A stretch of DNA of 64,000 nt, taken from positions 68,386,001-68,450,000 of the forward strand of contig CM097888.1 of assembly GCA_044892525.1 (NCBI GenBank), read 5' to 3'. Origin of the DNA: Schmidtea polychroa (lineage: Eukaryota). A program made the position numbers and the translations under genes. The notes under the pieces are model-generated. The model worked only from the letters and a program-made list of their open reading frames with translations, did not search any database and had not been told where the DNA came from. The stretch's first letter is position 1, and every line of letters begins with the position of its first letter. Shown here in pieces: positions 57,098 to 64,000 of this stretch.

Positions 57098-57713
57098 AAT
57101 TTAACAGTTCTGTTTGCTTCTGCTGTGCTTCCTCCTTTTATACCTCGTCACTTTAATTTTCTATTTTTTCCAAAATAATTCCCTGATTTTTCCTGCAATA
57201 GTGTTATTTTTGACAACTGTCAAGATATTCTCTAGTTTTCCCTTTTTGCCGTTCCGGCCTATTTTATTTTCGTTCCCGTTATCTCTGAAAAGTTGTCGAG
57301 ATAATTACATTGTTGTTATTTTTGTCTTTCTCGATTTGAAATTCCTTTTCCTTTTGTACTAATTAATTAGTAATGACCTTTATTTTAATTCCTTGCTCGC
57401 TTTCTTTTGTTCGTATTATATTTTTCATTTCTCGATTAATTTTACTTACGTTTTCTTTTCCGAGTTCCCATAAATCGTCCTGTTTGTCATGACGATTTTC
57501 CCCAAAGTAATTTTATTTATTTATTCGTAAATTTGTTATTTAGGATTCCTCAACATTAATTATTTTTATATTTTCAAAAACATTTAAGAATTACATATAG
57601 TCATTTTGCTTATATTTTCAAGTGTATCATTATTGCATAATTTTTAAAAATTATCGAATTTTCATAAATCGTGCCAGATATGACCATAAAATCTTTTCTT
57701 TTCTTTAATTATA

Positions 57714-59717
57714 CAGGTTTGCAACCAAAAAATTGCACAGGATTTATATACTATTTATAGATTTTTACTAACTTAAAACCGGGGAAAATACTAGAAAAAT
57801 TGCATCTCGTCAGGTTTTCTTGAAAAGGTGGGTAATCTAACTAATTGGGTTTTTATACATATTCGTCAGGGTTTAAGGAATGAGTATAAACAAGCGTTTT
57901 GTCAGATCTGATCATATTTCAACATTATAAATAAGTTCATGTTCTTGGTCTCATTATAAGCCACACTCAGTACATTTTGCATTCAAACGTGACTGCTTGC
58001 GTTTTTAGTTATATATTATGGTTCCAAGAGGTTGTGTTATCTATCCCGACAAGTTTTGTTTTATTTGTGAGAAATACACTGATAAAGGTCAACAAAGAAA
58101 CATAAGTGATTTTTCAGGCGAGAGTTTTGGCATTCCTATGATGTGATGTGAACAGCAAAGCCTCACTATAGATTGCTATATTTTTCGGTATATGTGAAAA
58201 GTTTCAACGCAAAAAATAAAAAGATATCTTAACTAAACCTTAATTCAGCTATTCATTCAGTGCTTTGTTGCTTTGAAATACTAGTTCTTCACCAACCTTC
58301 TACTTTGGGTGGTATTCTGAGTGATTCTTAAGACGGAAACACATTACCTTCCCAGGACGAACCTTGTTCAGATTCTTTTATTGATGAGGTACCCCAACAT
58401 TTTTCTCAGAGGGAGCTCAATAGTTTGGTTAGAGATTTAGACTTATCAAAATATACTACCAAATTATAGGAGTCAAGACAAAAAAATAAAACCTACTGTA
58501 ACGAGGAACCTCATTTTTGTGGAACAGCCACCGTAAGAAAAAATTCACTACATTTTTCTGCAAAGAGGAAAATCTCGTTTTTTGTAATAATGTTTAAGAG
58601 TTAATGAGATGTTTTGAAATAGAATAAGATACATCTGAGTGGTAATAATTCCTTGATTTGTCAAAAATAATCCTCAAAACAGTTTTGCTGCAAAATGGGA
58701 ATAAATTTGCAATACTTCCCGTAGGACACTCGGTGCATTTGGAAGAAAAATAATACGATTTCCCAATGATTCTTGAGAAAATAAAATATTAAGAACATCG
58801 CTGGCTTGTTTGTAAAGACTTCAAAATATTAACCATGATGTTGGGCTAGCAGGCAAGTTATACAAAATATTCCTGCTTCCTGTTTGTGAGACAGTCGAGC
58901 AAGAAATTTCATTTAGACAAATACTTACTGACAATTTTGAGACACCTTAACCCCGGCAAAATAGCATCATTAATACTACATTAGTTACACCCGAAAAGGT
59001 TTTATTACCAGATCTTCATATTAAATTGGGTCTTAAAAATCAGTTCGTTAAAGATGAGGAATGTTTCAGATATTTGTGTTTCAAATTCTCAAAATTGTCT
59101 GAAATCAAGTTGAAAGAGGGAGCTTTTACTGACCCTGACATACGTACGATCCCCTCTTTTCAGAAATAATGTGAGAAAAGAAAAAGAAGCTTGAAACTTT
59201 CCCAGAGACCCAATGCACAAGATTTTGATTAATACTAAAGACCTTCATTACAATATCAAGGATCCAGGAAGAGGTTAAAAGCTCATTTCTTACACTCCAA
59301 TGTCGGCTATTTTCCCGAAAACTTGGGAGGTTTCAGTAAAGAGCAAGGTGATAGTTTTCATCAGGATGTTCATGATATCGAGAGACACTACCGAGTAAGA
59401 TAATGCGTAAATTAACTGACTACTGTTGGATGCTCAAGCGGGAAGCAGAAAACGGAAAGCGAAAGTGTGCTTCGTGAAGTATCAAAGAAAAAAGGAATGA
59501 ACACGGGATGTTAAGTTCATTTCTTGTAGAAATTGTTTGTTCATGGTTGTTTTTTTACGGGTGTTATGGTTTTTTATGAAAAACACCTTTATTTTCCAAA
59601 AAAACTGGTCGTTATTGAGAAATGGAGATAATGTCTGGATTCAACAGATTATAAAAAAACATCATATTTACTAAAAACATCCTATGCAGCTAGAAAAAAA
59701 TACTTTTTGCCGACCTG
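57714..59717 (+). pseudogene. Degenerate DNA transposon relic, Chapaev3/CMC-like
   Basis: Broken-frame remnants FSQRELNSLVRDLDLSK, PVGHSVHL, KIKY.EH.W, YTKYSCFL..DSRA, LHIKLGL and EQGDSFHQD..DYCW; weak terminal caggt...acctg. Family label is from memory. Confidence 0.55.
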
Positions 59718-59867
59718 TTTAATTATTTGTTTTAATGAATATTTCTTTGGCGTGAAAATTAATAGTAATAATTAAGCAATCTGGGAGGAATTAATTAATT
59801 AGTTATTATTTGAGTTGTTTATCTATTAAAATAATTAATTAAATTAATTCAAAATACAAATATATTA

Positions 59868-60260
59868 TCTCTCTATATATAAAAAAGCTAAGGGTCCCCT
59901 CCATCCGTATTTTAATTTTTTTTTAATTTTTTTATTTAATTTTTTTAATTTTTAATTTTTTTTTGAAGTATTTATTCTTTTGTACTTATTGTTCTATATT
60001 ACTTAGAAACGGTTTATACTATTATCTTTTATCATAGTTATGTAAACATATTAATAAACTGAATCTGTCCAAGAATACCCTGGGTATTAACTTTAATAAT
60101 GTTAAAGTTAATACCCAGGGTATTCTTGGACAGATTCAGTTTATTAATATGTTTACATAACTATGATAAAAGATAATAGTATGAACCGTTTCTAAGTAAT
60201 ATAGAACCCTACGTTCTAACGGGGTTGGTGAAGCGAAGTGAACAGGGGCAGAGCTCCTAG
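59868..60260 (+). mobile_element. Non-autonomous Helitron-like element containing a long palindrome
   Basis: a|TCtctctatatataaaaaag start; ggggcagagctcCTAG|t end; no TSD. Confidence 0.6.
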
Positions 60261-61684
60261 TATATTATAAATAAGATATTTAATATTTATTTAAAATATT
60301 TCAAAGACACAGATTTAGCCGCTTGGCGGATTCATTGACAAGTAAACGCCTGCAAGTATTCCTATGCTAGGCTAATTTACTTCGCCACAAACATCGGGAG
60401 TTTCACAATATGATGCCCTTTACAATATCATTTAATAATTTTTATCAAATAATAAATAATTAAACGCCCGCCCCCTAAAAAAATTTAACGACCAGTCATA
60501 TATTGCGTGACATCAAATCAACACGTGACAAAGAAAATGCTTCAGAGAATATTATTCATTTATTTTGCAGGAAATTAATTTCTCTAAAATAAATGAATTG
60601 AGAGAGGTAGAAAACTTTCAAAAGGATTACAGATTAAAAGAATTTATGACAGATGGACAGATGATGTTGATGCAGAATGGCATTTAAACAAATAAGCAAA
60701 ATTTTTTCATTTAAACATTTGAAATTGTCCGTCTTTATAGACATTTCTCTTTATATTAGTAAAAATAATCTTATAATAGTAAACATATCTTTAATCAAAG
60801 CAAATTGGCTATTTGGTCACTGGGCAACTACGCAAAAGATAAGTGGGCTGTTAAATCTCGTTAAGATTTCATAATAATATGTACTAAGTCTTTGCAAGAT
60901 TCGAAAGGACTCCCATTTAGCTTATGGTGTTACCAGAGCTCTTTTGCTCATTCTCTAACTGATTATTCTTTCTTTGCTTGACCCATTTGGAAACCGTATT
61001 AATTCCAAGTGCTTTTTAATATTGCTAATTAAACACGATAAGAACAAAAATATATATTATGACTTCATGTCGTTTTATTAGGTAACAAAGGAAAATTGAG
61101 AGAGATTTTTTTGAGAGGTGGCAAAAATGAATAAGTCAAATAAAACTCGAATAACCTAACAAGATAATCACAAACCTTCATGGCACCAGACAGTCAAATA
61201 TAAAATTTTCACATTTCAATGTCACTTCATAGATTCAAGGATCGTATGGTATTAAAAGTCTTTGATAGAAAGTTAATACATGATACTAGTGATACCATTT
61301 TCCACGTTCTGCTTCTGTTATTTGCATAATTTTTTGAATATATTACTGTATAAGTGGAATCTGAATTTGATGAAGCCAACAACTGTACGAGATTTCTGAA
61401 CTTACCATTATGAAACCTAAATCCACGTTTCGAGATCATCAAGTTTCATTAATCGTTTTTCTTCAGTTTATGCTTTTGGATTTCATGTTTTTATGTTAAA
61501 ATTTATCTACTTTTATCAGAGCCTATGATAATAATTTTTTTGGGTTGGCTGTCTAAAGATTTTCCCCAAATTTAACATTCATTTGAACGACTTTGAGAAA
61601 TGTATAAAATAAATGAACACAAGAAGCAATAAATAAACTCTTATATATCTAAGCAATATTCTTATTGGTATCAAGATATAATGT

Positions 61685-62127
61685 NNNNNNNNNNNNNNNN
61701 NNNNNNNNNNNNNNNNNNNNNNNNNNNNNNNNNNNNNNNNNNNNNNNNNNNNNNNNNNNNNNNNNNNNNNNNNNNNNNNNNNNNNNNNNNNNNNNNNNNN
61801 NNNNNNNNNNNNNNNNNNNNNNNNNNNNNNNNNNNNNNNNNNNNNNNNNNNNNNNNNNNNNNNNNNNNNNNNNNNNNNNNNNNNNNNNNNNNNNNNNNNN
61901 NNNNNNNNNNNNNNNNNNNNNNNNNNNNNNNNNNNNNNNNNNNNNNNNNNNNNNNNNNNNNNNNNNNNNNNNNNNNNNNNNNNNNNNNNNNNNNNNNNNN
62001 NNNNNNNNNNNNNNNNNNNNNNNNNNNNNNNNNNNNNNNNNNNNNNNNNNNNNNNNNNNNNNNNNNNNNNNNNNNNNNNNNNNNNNNNNNNNNNNNNNNN
62101 NNNNNNNNNNNNNNNNNNNNNNNNNNN
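61685..62127. other. Assembly gap (443 N)
   Basis: Run of N. Confidence 1.
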
Positions 62128-63275
62128 GTGAAAGTTAATATTTATAGCATCAATTTTAATGCTTGTCAATTTTGCTAATTATTGTTTTAAATTTACATCT
62201 CACAAATAATAAATCAGCTCCCCCAATTTAATAACGCATAACTTTCATTTCATTAATAGAAATCCTTTTCAATGTTTAATATCCAAAAATGATTAAATAC
62301 AATCATATAAATATAATTTTAACAAATTAATATAATTTCTTGACTAATTTGAAATTCAAACCAATTTTCTCCGAAAATTTTTCACTAGAAAAAGTTTTTA
62401 TAAAATACATCTGCTTATTATAGATTTCTCTATGAAAATTTTGTCTGACTCTATTTTTTGAAAAAAATAATTATTTAACTAAATTTTCAAAAAAATTATT
62501 TTGTATATTTTATATATTTCTTATTAGGTGATTGGACTAGAATTTTGTGCGTGATCGTATTTGCGTGATGAGCTAATCAAGAAATGTTTCAACGATCTCA
62601 ATGATTATATTATGTTAATTAATAATTTTAGCTAAAATATAACTTGATAAAAATATTTCCCAATTCTCAGTTGCATACCGAGATTAATTTAATAATAGTT
62701 TATTAACGATATTTATTTTATTCATCTAGATTTATATTGTTTTTCGTGACGTAAATTCGTGAACCAAAATAATCCCAAGCAAATTAATAATTCCCCCTAT
62801 TTGGAATCTCATGTAAAAAAAAATAAAAATTTTTTTAATAACAATAACAATTGCAAAAGTGCAAAATTTGATTTGTTTTTGATATGCCGGAATTTATGCG
62901 ACAGTTAAATAATAATATTCATTATTTTTACCCCTGGTCATAATTCTATTAAATTTTGTTTTAATTTCATTGAATAAAAAAATTAATTAAAATATAAAAA
63001 AGTTTAAATAATAATTCGAAACAGTTCAAATAATGGAATTTATAATGAAATATTTTTTTAATTTTTTAAAATTTACTATATCGATTTGAATGTTAAAAAG
63101 ATTTAAAAAACACATGAAAAAAATTTACGTAAAATAAGAAAATATTTTCATTGTATATTCGCAATTTGGTAATTTAAGAGTAAAAAAAATAACCGAAAGT
63201 AAGAATTTAAATATCTTTTATTTGTTTACGGAAGTAAAAAACCAAGCCATTATGGACCGTATTATAAAACAATAT

Positions 63276-63403
63276 NNNNNNNNNNNNNNNNNNNNNNNNN
63301 NNNNNNNNNNNNNNNNNNNNNNNNNNNNNNNNNNNNNNNNNNNNNNNNNNNNNNNNNNNNNNNNNNNNNNNNNNNNNNNNNNNNNNNNNNNNNNNNNNNN
63401 NNN
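63276..63403. other. Assembly gap (128 N)
   Basis: Run of N. Confidence 1.
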
Positions 63404-64000
63404 NTAACTGCTTTCCTTGTTTTATATATCCTTTCAAATGCGGATTTAATTTAACTATCAAATTCACAACCTACTTTTGACAGGCCGTAGAATGGTTGGA
63501 CATGTAGCATTAATTGAATTAGATTCCCCACCTTACAATAATCATTTCAGGGATAATTTCAAACAAAATCAGAAAATTCAAACAAAAAATAATTCAAAGA
63601 AATAATATTCAATTATTGTCAAAGTTGATTAGATTCAATGAGAATTTATCCCATCATATGAGTATGGCTATGCAAATGACGTGAAATTCAACTATTGACA
63701 ATTTATAACTTCATCCTAAAAATTATTTCTGTTATTTGATTATAACTATAAAATTTTCCACCATGAAAATTTTGTGTTAGTTTTTCCCAATAAGTGGAAT
63801 CGGAAATGTCTCTTTTGTTTCAATATCACCAGTTAAATCGAGCACTTGTCTTTTGAGATTCTCATTCAACGGCCTGGTAAGTTTTTCGTCAACTCCTATC
63901 AAACTCAATGGCAAATCTTCTTTCTCTTGAAAAGAAAACTAACCCATCAATGAAATGTCAATTAAAATTACATATTAATCGTTTCGAGCTTATTTATATC

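Noticed and set aside
61579-63467. ORFs listed across N runs
   Set aside because: Artefacts of assembly gaps.
63780-63930. Possible minus-strand exon (EDLPLSLIGVDEKL...)
   Set aside because: Single short frame with an acceptor-like site but no recognisable homology or partner exons in the window.
1-64000. rRNA, tRNA genes or prokaryotic operon features
   Set aside because: None seen; the only tRNA-related sequence is the 18-nt PBS.

Overview
AT-rich eukaryotic (animal) genomic DNA. The 41-52 bp introns and a ~30 kb Gypsy element suggest a planarian-like flatworm; this is inference and was not tested. The window holds two spliced host genes: ARMT1 (+, 5 exons, 448 aa) and MDH1B (-). It also carries many DNA transposons: an intact hAT element, hAT/pogo/Merlin MITEs, two non-autonomous Helitrons and several relics. 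The centrepiece is an apparently intact, very young 29,873-bp Ty3/Gypsy LTR element (11271-41143) with 3,842-bp near-identical LTRs, TG...CA ends, a 4-bp TSD (CTAA) and a tRNA-Pro-like PBS. It resembles the giant Burro elements I recall being reported from Schmidtea mediterranea. Its single 4,617-aa ORF reads: Gag, 3 CCHC knuckles, 3 ubiquitin/SUMO-like segments, a Bcl-2-like segment, an internal signal peptide plus chuvirus-like class III fusion glycoprotein with TM, then PR, RT, RNase H, IN, two ankyrin blocks, and a second signal peptide/FN3-like/TM protein. The envelope therefore sits BETWEEN gag and pol in one frame. Further cargo: an IAP-type RING ORF before gag, a full-length intronless TRAF, three coiled-coil ORFs, a small type I membrane protein, and a 262-aa ORF inside each LTR. 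Spacers between the 3' cargo ORFs are rich in TGTA(A/C/T)ATA (Pumilio-element-like) motifs. Working hypothesis: an enveloped, complex endogenous-virus-like retroelement carrying an apoptosis/ubiquitin/NF-kB modulation toolkit. All domain calls are by eye from motifs; no database searches were run.
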